DNA of 54,285 nt. Origin: an uncultured Gammaproteobacteria bacterium. GTDB taxonomy: Bacteria; Myxococcota_A; UBA9160; SMWR01. This document shows positions 7,553-16,839 of the stretch, in pieces. The stretch covers positions 1-54,285 of the forward strand of contig CAXMSF010000090.1 of assembly GCA_964196055.1 (NCBI GenBank). Reading direction: 5' to 3'. How positions within the stretch are numbered: position 1 is the first letter of the stretch; the number at the start of each line of letters is the position of its first letter. The notes beneath the pieces were generated by a model that saw only the letters and a program-made list of their open reading frames with translations, was not told where the DNA came from and did no database searches. Both the position numbers and the translations under genes were made by a program.

Positions 7553-8971
7553 TTGCCGATTCCCGCGCCCCGAATTTCCCGCAGCCGATCTTGGGCCATC
7601 CAGCTGCTGCTCGTGTGCCTCCTGGCAGCAATGCCCTTCGGCTGCGACCGGGGACCCGAGGGGCCCCGATTACTGCTGCTCGTCAGCGTCGACACGCTGC
7701 GCGCCGACCGACTCGGCGTGTATGGGAGCGACTTGGGGCTGACCCCCAACCTCGACGCCCTCGCGGCAGAGAGCGTCGTGTTCATGGCCGCCTACGCGGC
7801 GGCTCCGTTCACGCTGCCTTCGGTGAGCGCGCTCATGACCGGCCGCCACCCCGAAGCGCTCGGGATCTTCAGCAATGAATCCCTGGTGCCCGCATCGGTG
7901 CCAACCCTCGCCAGCGAACTCAAGCGAAGCGGCTGGAAGACCCGCGCGGTCGTGAGCAACTTCATCTTGCGCAAAGCATCGGGTATTGCTTCCGGATTCG
8001 AGACCTTCGATGATCTGTTCCCTCAAGTCGAAATCGTCCGGATGTGGCCCGAGCGTGTCGCACCCGACACCACCGATGCCGCACTCGAGCTCCTCGACGA
8101 ATGCGCCCCCGACGAGGATTCCCGCTGCTTCCTCTGGGTCCACTATCAGGACCCGCACGGTCCCTACACACCACCGGAGGCGCTGCGAGCTGCCGAGCTC
8201 GCGCGCGAGGAAGAAGAGCCCGATTCGGAGCGTCTGCTCCCGGTCAGCAATGACTACACCGGGATCGGCGCAATCCCAAAATACCAGGTCATCGACGATC
8301 GGCGCGACTTGGGCTTCTACCGGGCCGGATACCACGCCGAGATCCGCTATCTCGACGCCGAAATCGGTCGACTGTTGGAAGCGGTCGAGGAGCGCGGACT
8401 CGAAGACAGGACGTTGATCGCGTTTACCGCAGATCACGGCGAGGGCCTCGGCGAAAACGACTACTGGTTCGCCCACGGTGAATACCTGAACGACAGTCAG
8501 CTCCATGTGCCGCTGATGATCCGTGTTGCCGGGCGTGCTCCCGAGCGACGCAACGATGTCGCGTCGCTGACCGACGTCTTTCACACCTTGCTCGCTGCCT
8601 CGAGCAACGCCCCGCTCGACCCCGATCCCACTGGCCGAAACCTGTTGGCAGCAAACGCCGAACAAGCGCAGAGCCTACCCTATTTTGCGTCGCTCGGCGG
8701 ATCACGGGTGCAGCGACACGGTCTGATCGACGGCGAGTATCGGCTCGTGATTTCTCGACGAAATGGGATCGGGGATGCACGCCTGACCCACCGCAGCAAC
8801 GACGTCGACCTCACCGCCGCAGCACCTCAGATCGCGAAGTCCATGCGCAACCGCCTCAATCGCATTCGCGCGCGTTTGACTCGAGGCCTCGAAGAAAGCA
8901 GGCAGGTCCTGAGCGACGAGGAGCGAAAGAGCCTCGAAGCGCTCGGCTACGTCGACGAAACGGAACGCTGA
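7553..8971 (+). CDS. Second sulfatase-like lipoprotein, tandem paralog (start approximate)
   Basis: FGC lipobox-like; VSVDTLRADRLG, TLPSVSALMTG, WVHYQDPHGPY, FTADHGE and LEALGY. Confidence 0.86.
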   Translation: MPIPAPRISRSRSWAIQLLLVCLLAAMPFGCDRGPEGPRLLLLVSVDTLRADRLGVYGSDLGLTPNLDALAAESVVFMAAYAAAPFTLPSVSALMTGRHPEALGIFSNESLVPASVPTLASELKRSGWKTRAVVSNFILRKASGIASGFETFDDLFPQVEIVRMWPERVAPDTTDAALELLDECAPDEDSRCFLWVHYQDPHGPYTPPEALRAAELAREEEEPDSERLLPVSNDYTGIGAIPKYQVIDDRRDLGFYRAGYHAEIRYLDAEIGRLLEAVEERGLEDRTLIAFTADHGEGLGENDYWFAHGEYLNDSQLHVPLMIRVAGRAPERRNDVASLTDVFHTLLAASSNAPLDPDPTGRNLLAANAEQAQSLPYFASLGGSRVQRHGLIDGEYRLVISRRNGIGDARLTHRSNDVDLTAAAPQIAKSMRNRLNRIRARLTRGLEESRQVLSDEERKSLEALGYVDETER

Positions 8972-11189
8972 TGACCTCGGGCCTCGCTCCCGACGGATTG
9001 TCGCAACAGCCGGCGACGATCCACCACATCGTCGTGGCTGCGCTGCTGTGCGCACTCACCTTCACGATCTACTTCCAGGTCCGCGATCACGACTTCATCG
9101 AATACGACGACCCGATCTACATCACCGAAAACTCCAATCTCGCGGCCGGTTTCAACAAGCAAACCGTCGTCCGCGCGTTTTCCGAAGCCTACGAAACCAA
9201 CTGGATCCCGCTGACTTGGATTTCCTACCACCTCGATCACGCACTCTTCGGCCTGAACCCCGCGGGCTACCACCTCGTCAACGCAGCTCTCCATACGATC
9301 TCGGCCCTTCTGCTCTATTTCGCACTCTTTGCAATGACAGGTGCACTCGGTCCGAGTGCGTTCGTCGCGGCCGTCTTTGCGGTGCACCCCCTTCATGTGG
9401 AGAGCGTTGCCTGGGCCGCCGAGCGCAAGGACACCCTGAGCGGGGTGTTCTGGATGCTCACGCTGCTCGCGTACACACGCTATGCCGGCAGATCTACCCT
9501 CAGCACCCTGCTAGTGGTCATTCTCACCTACGCGCTCGGCTTGCTCGCGAAACCAATGCTCGTTTCGCTGCCCCTGGTGTTGCTGCTCCTCGACTATTGG
9601 CCACTCCGGCGACTCCGCAGCGACGGTTCAGGAGGGATCGAGTGGGGGCGCCTCCGAGGCTGCATTGCGGAGAAGTTGCCGCTATTCGCGATGGCCGCGG
9701 TGGTGGCCTGGATCACGATCGTCGTCCAGGACGAAGCCGGAGCAATGGCAACCGACGCGCAGGTTCCGCTTTCGCTGCGACTCAGCAATGCACTCGTGAC
9801 CTGCTGGATCTACATCGTCGATAGCATCTGGCCCAGCGGACTGGCGATCTTCTATCCCCATCCGATGGAGGGGACGCCGGTTTGGCTCGCCGGAGCCGCA
9901 GCCACGGGCCTGGTCGCGGTGACTGGGCTCTGCATTTCGACCGCACGAGCTCATCCCTATCTGTTGGTCGGATGGTTGTGGTACCTGGTCACCCTGGTTC
10001 CTGTAATCGGCCTGATCCAAGTCGGCATGCAGGCGCGAGCAGACCGCTACCTCTACCTCCCTCAGATCGGCCTTACGCTCGCCCTTGCCTGGGGCGCACG
10101 CAATGCGTTTGCGACCACGCGAATTGGCCGCTTCGCGCTCGTCGCTGTCGCGAGTGTCGCGATCCTCGTACTGTCCGGCGTCGCATGGCGACAGACGTCG
10201 TTCTGGCTGAATACCGAGACGTTGTACGCGCACGCCCTCGAGGTCACTCATGACAATTTCCTGGCACACCACGGGATTGCATTCCAATTCCTCGATTCCG
10301 GCGATCCAGCTACCGCCGAAGTCCACTTCGAACGCGCGGTCGATATCAAGCCTCTCTGGCCGAGCGCCCACATGGGTCTCGGCGATGCCCGCATCGCGCA
10401 GGGTCGGGTCGAAGAGGCGCTCACCGACTATCGGCGTGCGATCGACCTCGCACCACGGAACCCGGAAAGCCACCTCCACTTCGCTCGCGCGCTGGCGGAC
10501 CATGGCAAGGTATTTCGTGCGACGAATCACTACAGCGCGCGATCGATCTGTACGAAGCCCCCAACGCCTACGCGCACGCGAGCCTCGCTGCCCTCTACGC
10601 GCGCTCGAACCAATTGATCCCAGCCGAAGAGCAGTACCGGATCGCCATCGCGCTGGAGCCGGACTTCGCCGAGGCCCACGCGAACCTCGCCTTCTTGTTG
10701 ATCCGCCTCGAGCGCTTCGGTGCGGCGCGTGATTCGCTCGTTCGCGCACAACAACTCGGGCAGGATTCCGCCGAGTTGCATTTTGCGATCGGCGTCGTCG
10801 CTCTCGAGCACAACGAAGCCGCAGAAGCGGTCAGGCACTACCGCAGCGCGATCGAAAAGCGACCGGAGTGGACGGCCCCGGCGAACAACCTCGCCTGGCT
10901 GCTCGCCACCCACCCCGACCCGGACATTCGCGAGCCGCTAAACGCGATCGAAATCGCCGAAGGCCTTCGGCGCGACGGCAAGCGCCTCGAGCCCGACCAG
11001 CTCGACACCCTCGCAGCCGCCTACGCGGCCGCTGGACGATTCCCGGAAGCCGGACTCACCGCCTCCGCTGCGGCTCAGCTCGCCCGCAACACGGATCGCC
11101 CGGAACTCGCTCAGGAGATCGAGGCCCGTCTCCTTCTGTACCGCGCGCAACGCCCGTTCATCGAGACGCGCCATCGCCCGGGGCTCTGA
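8971..11189 (+). pseudogene. TMTC-like GT-C O-mannosyltransferase + TPR protein, split by a 1-nt frameshift near 10534 (pseudogene or sequencing error)
   Basis: YDDPIY, HPLHVESVAWAAERKD, KPMLV and ADRYLYLP, followed by TPRs; the TPR continues in another frame (RAIDLYEAPNAYAHASLAALY...) that joins ORF 10614-11189 (NNLAWLLAT, LDTLAAAYA). Confidence 0.8.
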
Positions 11190-12633
11190 CACCCACCGAC
11201 CCGAGAAGCAGGGAACCCAGGCACGCGATTGCGAGATTGCACGCCAGACCGATGATGCCCAGGTGCAGTCCCTCGATCCGCTTCACGCCGGCGATCGCGC
11301 CTGCAATCACGACCGCACTGCCCACGGCAAGCCCGATCCAGGCCGGCGTGGCGCGAAAGCCCCGCCACCTGATCGCCAACAAGAATGCGGGAACGCACTG
11401 AATCAACAACTCCATCTTGAGCTCGATCAAACCCCAAAGAGTGACGTCCCGAGCCGCCATGGCGACGACAGCCATCCCGATCATCACCGCCCCCGCCGCG
11501 CGCTTCGCGAATGCGGTCGTCGAAGCTGCGTCGCGCGGCCGTCCGAACAAGTCTTCGGCCAGCGAAGAGCCGAGCGACAGCAGGCACGAATCCGCAGTCG
11601 ACATGATCGCAGCCAACGCACCAAGAAATACCAGGACTGCCGCTCCTGCGTAGACCGGACCGATACTCGCCCACTGCCCGAGCAGCAGGGGCATCACCCG
11701 GTCGGCTGCAACCTCGCCGAGATCCGCAAAACGTGGAATCGCAGCGAGTCCGATGAGTGTGACCACCAGCGTGGTCGTGAGCGGCATGAAGCTCATCCAC
11801 GCAAACGACCGCTTCAGCGCACGGCCGTCACGTGCGGCGTAGATTCGTTGGATCGCCTGGGGATAGACGGTGCTCGCGAGACCCAGCAGGAGAATCGAAC
11901 TCAGCCAATTCGTCCGCTCGACCGTATCCGGGACGCGTCCGATTTCCGGACGTGCTGCGAGGATCTGCTGCGACAGCGCGTCCAACCCGCGAGCCTCGTC
12001 GAGCAGCCACGCTGCCAGCGCGGCCAAGCCGACCATCATCAGGATACCCTGCGCAGCATCGGTCCAGGCAACGGCACGCATTCCGCCGAGGGTTTCGTAG
12101 AAGAGGATCATCGCGGCGAGCAGCGCAATCCCCATCTGATAGGAAACGACTCCGCCAGTGACTTCTGCGGATAGCTCTCCCATCGCCTTCAACTGTGCGA
12201 ACAGGAAGTTGGCGAGCGCGATCGCCATCAGCATCGAAACGCCGAAGAGGAGCACGCGCCCGCCCGGTTCTCCGCGAAATCGGTATCGCACCCAATCGCC
12301 CGGCGTCACGAATCGATGCCGCACCGCGATCGGACGCAAGCGAGGTACCAGCGCGTGGAAGGTCACGATGATCGACAACATGAAGCCCGTCGCCATGATC
12401 CACGAGAAGCCCCGGCGATACGCCTCCCCTGGATAACCGAGCAGAGAATTCCCGCTATACGCGGTGGCGTACAGCGTTAGAAACAACACGAATACGCCGA
12501 GTTCGCGGCCCGCGAGAAAATGGTCCGCAGGACTGTCGCTGGCGCGGGCGCGACGCGCGACAAAGGCAAGCGCGACGAGTCCGAACAAATAGAATGCGAG
12601 CCCCAACATCCCGAGCCGGCCGAACTCCGTCAC
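11158..12633 (-). CDS. Sodium:solute symporter (SSF) family protein
   Basis: HFLAGR, GGMRAVAWTD, AIQRIYAA and AAIMSTADS; many TM helices. Confidence 0.93.
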   Translation of the reverse strand: MTEFGRLGMLGLAFYLFGLVALAFVARRARASDSPADHFLAGRELGVFVLFLTLYATAYSGNSLLGYPGEAYRRGFSWIMATGFMLSIIVTFHALVPRLRPIAVRHRFVTPGDWVRYRFRGEPGGRVLLFGVSMLMAIALANFLFAQLKAMGELSAEVTGGVVSYQMGIALLAAMILFYETLGGMRAVAWTDAAQGILMMVGLAALAAWLLDEARGLDALSQQILAARPEIGRVPDTVERTNWLSSILLLGLASTVYPQAIQRIYAARDGRALKRSFAWMSFMPLTTTLVVTLIGLAAIPRFADLGEVAADRVMPLLLGQWASIGPVYAGAAVLVFLGALAAIMSTADSCLLSLGSSLAEDLFGRPRDAASTTAFAKRAAGAVMIGMAVVAMAARDVTLWGLIELKMELLIQCVPAFLLAIRWRGFRATPAWIGLAVGSAVVIAGAIAGVKRIEGLHLGIIGLACNLAIACLGSLLLGSVGVRAPGDGASR

Positions 12634-12869
12634 TGCGAAGCCTCGGGGGGATCATCATCGGGAATCTCGGTGAGCAGCCACGCAAGCGCGTTCAACAGTG
12701 CGGCTCCTGCGTAGCAGAGCAATGCCACCGTGACCCAATCGGGAAGCCCCAACCACAACTCAGCTGGATCGCCCCCACGCCGATACCAGGGAATCGACAG
12801 CACGAAGAGCACGCCGACGAGGGCAAGCAGGAATCCACGCAACGCTCGAGCCGAGCCGCCTCTCGTCAC
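12630..12869 (-). CDS. Small two-TM symporter accessory protein (DUF3311-like)
   Basis: SIPWY...WLGLPDW with two hydrophobic helices; GTG overlaps the SRAP stop and its stop overlaps the SSF start. Confidence 0.7.
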   Translation of the reverse strand: MTRGGSARALRGFLLALVGVLFVLSIPWYRRGGDPAELWLGLPDWVTVALLCYAGAALLNALAWLLTEIPDDDPPEASQ

Positions 12870-13567
12870 AGCAGCTCGCTCTGACGGGGCTGCGCTGGAG
12901 CCGGCGCCATGCACTCCGGGTCGTCGTTGCGGGTGCTGTTCACCCGCAATCCAACGGTCTGCCGCCCGAGCCAAGCCTCGGGACTCGGCACCAGCAAGGC
13001 CTGGAGGGCATCGAGGTCCTGATTCGCCGGATCCAGCCAGTCGGTGTAGTCGCGTGGATCGAGGATCACGGGCATCCGGTCGTGGACCCCCGCCAGCACC
13101 TCGTTCGCTTCCGTCGTGATGATCGTGCTCGACCGCAATTCCTCTTCCGCGCCCGCGTGCCAGACATCGAACAGGCCCGCGAAGGCAAACGGCCCGCGAT
13201 CGGGTCGTGTGAAGAGATAGGGCTGCTTCGGCGATCCACGTGCCCCTCCCCACTCGTAGAAGCCGTCCGCCGGGACCAGGCAGCGCCGCTTCCTGAAGGC
13301 CGAGCGAAATGCAGGTTTCGAAGCGACGCTTTCGGCACGCGCGTTGATCATCCGATGCCCGATCGTCGGATCCTTGGCCCAATCCGGCACGAGCCCCCAA
13401 CGGGCGCGTTCGATCCGGCGCTTGGCGCGCAACGGATCCACGCAAAGCGTCAGCACGGATTGCCCCGGCGCGATGTTGTAGCGCGCCTCCAGCTCCGGCG
13501 GATCATCGAGATCGAACTGTTCGGCCAGCGATTCCGGCGTCGAACGAAGCGTGTAACGTCCACACAC
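12866..13567 (-). CDS. SOS response-associated peptidase (SRAP/YedK/HMCES-like abasic-site protein)
   Basis: N-terminal MCGRY, RYNIAP, WGLVP, INARAE, GFYEW and HDRMP. Confidence 0.95.
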   Translation of the reverse strand: MCGRYTLRSTPESLAEQFDLDDPPELEARYNIAPGQSVLTLCVDPLRAKRRIERARWGLVPDWAKDPTIGHRMINARAESVASKPAFRSAFRKRRCLVPADGFYEWGGARGSPKQPYLFTRPDRGPFAFAGLFDVWHAGAEEELRSSTIITTEANEVLAGVHDRMPVILDPRDYTDWLDPANQDLDALQALLVPSPEAWLGRQTVGLRVNSTRNDDPECMAPAPAQPRQSELL

Positions 13568-13630
13568 GACTGCGGGGTCCCCCTCGCCGCCTGCTACAGT
13601 ACCGCGTCCAGATCAGCTGTGGAGAATTCG

Positions 13631-14647
13631 TTGACCGATTCCGCATCACCCGCTTCCGAAGGTTCGAACGCCCTGCTCGTGATACGCGGAGCCATTGGTG
13701 GCACGCTGATGGGGCTCGCCAATCTCGTCCCAGGAATCAGCGGTGGCACCATGCTGCTCGCGGCCGGCGTCTATCCTGGATTCATCGCTGCGATCGCCGA
13801 AGCCACGACGTTGCGTTTCAGATTCCGATCTCTGCTTCTACTCGGGACGATCGTCGTCTCCGCGGCGCTTTCGATTCTGCTGCTCGCGGGAACGGTAAAG
13901 GACCTCGTGGTCGATCATCGCTGGATCATGTACAGCCTGTTCATCGGCCTCACCCTGGGAGGAATCCCCCTGGTGTGGCGCATGGCCCGGCCGATGAATC
14001 GCTCGCTGCTCGTATCCGCGCTGGTCTGCTTCGGGCTGATGGTGGTAATGGCATTGTCGGGCGCAGGTGTGAGCGGCGATACCGGGCGAAATTACCCGCT
14101 CATATTCCTTGCAGGTCTCGCGGCCTCGTCGGCAATGATCCTACCGGGTGTCAGCGGCGGGTACCTGCTGTTGCTGCTCGGGCAGTACGAGTCGATTCTC
14201 GGAACCGTCGATCAGCTGAAATCCGGCCTGCTTGGTAACGGGAGTGGTGCCGCACCGGACCTCGCGCTCGTGCTCGACGCGATGCACGTCGTCATTCCCC
14301 TCGGTATCGGCATCGTCGTCGGTGTAGTCGGAGTCAGCAACCTGCTGCAGTGGCTCTTGCAACGCTACGAGAAGGCGACGCTCGGCGCGCTTCTCGGACT
14401 GCTCTTCGGTGCGGTCGTCGGCCTGTGGCCGTACCAGCAGGCACATCCGCCACAGACGGGCGACGTGATCAAGGGCCGGGTCGTCACGCTCGAGAACGCC
14501 GAGAGCTTCGACGCCGATGATTGGCCGGTGCGGTTCTTCGAGCCCAGTGCCGGCCAGGCCGCGAGTTCGCTGGCCCTGGTCGGACTCGGCCTCGCGGGGA
14601 CCCTGCTGATCGGGCGACTCGGAAACTCCAACGGTGGTGACGACTGA
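13631..14647 (+). CDS. DUF368 membrane protein (undecaprenyl-phosphate translocase family)
   Basis: Twin motifs MGLANLVPGISGGT and AMILPGVSGG; TTG start after GGAG. Confidence 0.9.
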   Translation: MTDSASPASEGSNALLVIRGAIGGTLMGLANLVPGISGGTMLLAAGVYPGFIAAIAEATTLRFRFRSLLLLGTIVVSAALSILLLAGTVKDLVVDHRWIMYSLFIGLTLGGIPLVWRMARPMNRSLLVSALVCFGLMVVMALSGAGVSGDTGRNYPLIFLAGLAASSAMILPGVSGGYLLLLLGQYESILGTVDQLKSGLLGNGSGAAPDLALVLDAMHVVIPLGIGIVVGVVGVSNLLQWLLQRYEKATLGALLGLLFGAVVGLWPYQQAHPPQTGDVIKGRVVTLENAESFDADDWPVRFFEPSAGQAASSLALVGLGLAGTLLIGRLGNSNGGDD

Positions 14648-14838
14648 GCTCTTCTCACAAGCGGAAGTCGACTACCCAGTCTTGCCGCCTCCTGAAATTC
14701 ATCGGGAAGACGCAGCTAGCGAACGGTTCTGCCCGCCAATTCACTCGAATCCAGGGATTCGTGTCTTCCCGATCGAGTCGTGCACGATTCTTGCATCACA
14801 TATGGTCGGGGCGCTGAATCTCGCCCGAGGAATCCTGC

Positions 14839-16251
14839 ATGGCTCGTGGTTGCTCCTCAACTCAGTACGATCTTCTCCTGATCGCGATCGTCGTGGTGAG
14901 CACAAGCTCGCTCGGCTGTTTCGCAATCAGCCGCGGAGAATCCGATTTCGATGACAAACCGGTCATAAACACCGGCGTCGGCGCAATGATCATCCGCCCG
15001 AACCAGAACCCGCCGACCTACTACCCACCCGGCACTCAACCACCTCCGACCGCACAGCCACAAGGCGCCCCCCAGCAACCGTCGGGTGCAGCGCCCTCGT
15101 ACGGCAGCGCGCCGACCGTGACCACTGGACCGAACGGAGAACGACGCACCGGCGGAGCAGCGGTTCCGAACCAGGTGCCGATCCAGATGATCGGCGGCGC
15201 AGAACAGGACATTTCGGGTCAGAGGGCCTGGAAGCAAGAACCGGTCTGGCTGAAGTACCTGGCGCTTCCCTTCGCCATTGTGGCCGCGCCCTTCAAAGCC
15301 GCAATCAAGGATCCCGAGCCCGGCCCCGAGCTTCCCAGGTCCCAACCACTCCCACTGGGCTCGGAGGCGCCCCGCGCAGAACCGCCGCCGCCGCCCAGAA
15401 TGGACTACGAGACTGCAATGGTCGACCAGCTCGAACAAGAACTCGACGCACGCAACCGCGCGAATGGCGTGAGCGCGGAGCCTCCTGCCGTGAATCCCAC
15501 CAGGCCCCCGAGCCCCGAAACCGTCGGCTCCACCGGCTCGTCGTCGATTGCGCAAGAGCTGGCGGCCCTCCAACGCGCACCGCAACGTGCGCCGGCCCCG
15601 AGCTACACACCGCCCGCAACTCACAATCCGAAATCCACGACGAGCTCAGCGCCGGTGCAGCCTCGTGCTTCGCAGCCCGCCGAGGCGAATGGCATCGTCG
15701 ACCGCGATGGTGATGGTCGCGTCGACCAGTGGATCTTCCGCGAGCGCGGTGAGATCTCCCGTGTCGAGCTCGACGAAAACGCGGACGGAAGGCCCGACCG
15801 CTTCATCCATTACGATCTCGACACGCACCAGATCGCACGCGTCGAAGAGGACTCGAACGCCGACGGAGCGAGCGACTCCTGGACCGAGTACGTGGACGGC
15901 CGAGTGGCGCGACGCCGCGGAGACGGCGATTACGACGGTTCGATCGACACCTGGACCTTCTACCGCGTAGGCATCATCACCCGCCACGAGCAAGACACTA
16001 CCGGCAACGGCTTTCGCGATCGCGTGGGCTATTACAGCAACGGCAAGATCACCCGCGAAGAGAAGGATCTCGACGGTGACGGGCGAACCGATTCGACGCT
16101 CTACTACGACTCGCTCGAACGCATCAGTCGCCGCGAGGAAGACAAGGACCACGACGGGAGACCCGACGTCATCTCCCATTACGAGGCCGGGAAACTGTCG
16201 CGCAAGGAGCTGATCCAGAACGCCAGCCCGCCCGAGACCGCGAGTCCCTGA
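14839..16251 (+). CDS. Putative lipoprotein with Pro-rich linker and 7 DxDxDG repeats
   Basis: SLGC lipobox-like; repeats DRDGDG, DENADG, DSNADG, DGDYDG, DTTGNG, DLDGDG and DKDHDG at ~24-aa spacing. Confidence 0.8.
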   Translation: MARGCSSTQYDLLLIAIVVVSTSSLGCFAISRGESDFDDKPVINTGVGAMIIRPNQNPPTYYPPGTQPPPTAQPQGAPQQPSGAAPSYGSAPTVTTGPNGERRTGGAAVPNQVPIQMIGGAEQDISGQRAWKQEPVWLKYLALPFAIVAAPFKAAIKDPEPGPELPRSQPLPLGSEAPRAEPPPPPRMDYETAMVDQLEQELDARNRANGVSAEPPAVNPTRPPSPETVGSTGSSSIAQELAALQRAPQRAPAPSYTPPATHNPKSTTSSAPVQPRASQPAEANGIVDRDGDGRVDQWIFRERGEISRVELDENADGRPDRFIHYDLDTHQIARVEEDSNADGASDSWTEYVDGRVARRRGDGDYDGSIDTWTFYRVGIITRHEQDTTGNGFRDRVGYYSNGKITREEKDLDGDGRTDSTLYYDSLERISRREEDKDHDGRPDVISHYEAGKLSRKELIQNASPPETASP

Positions 16252-16254
16252 GCG

Positions 16255-16770
16255 ATGCCGCGCACCCTACTCCAGGGCATCGCCTTTCTGATCGGATTCT
16301 GGATCGCGCTCGCAGTTTCGCCGATGACGGTGAAGCTCGCACGCGCGGACGATGCTGCGGAATCCCAATTCGCCGACCTCGAGGCACGTCTGCTCATCGA
16401 GGTGAATGCGGTTCGAGCGCGCCACCACCTGATTCCGCTGCGGCGATCGCCAGATCTCGATCGGGTGGCCATTCGCCACAGTCTCGACATGGCGCGCCGA
16501 AACTACATGAGCCATCACTCACCCGAGGGCAGCAACCCGGTCGATCGCATCACGCAGTCGGGTTTGTCTGGTTTCACCCTGGCTGCGGAGAATCTCGGCA
16601 AGACCAATCGACGTGACCCCAATCGCGAAATCGTCGACAACTGGCTGGCCTCACCCGACCACCGGCGCAATCTGCTCACACCCCCGTTCAACACGACGGG
16701 CATCGGAATCTCTCGTGCGCCGGACGGATCCTTGATCTACACCCAGGTCTACGTCACCTATCCCAGGTAG
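16255..16770 (+). CDS. CAP/SCP domain secreted protein
   Basis: HSLDMA, YMSH, AENL, WLASPDHRRNLL and GIG; signal peptide. Confidence 0.92.
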   Translation: MPRTLLQGIAFLIGFWIALAVSPMTVKLARADDAAESQFADLEARLLIEVNAVRARHHLIPLRRSPDLDRVAIRHSLDMARRNYMSHHSPEGSNPVDRITQSGLSGFTLAAENLGKTNRRDPNREIVDNWLASPDHRRNLLTPPFNTTGIGISRAPDGSLIYTQVYVTYPR

Positions 16771-16839
16771 ACGAAAGTCTGCGCCTCCGGGCCTTCGACG
16801 GAAGCAAATCACAGTCCCGCCGATTCGCGCGCGCGGCGC

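Noticed and set aside
13595-13612. LexA box upstream of SRAP
   Set aside because: ctacagtaccgcgtccag does not fit the E. coli or Myxococcus LexA consensus in spacing or sequence
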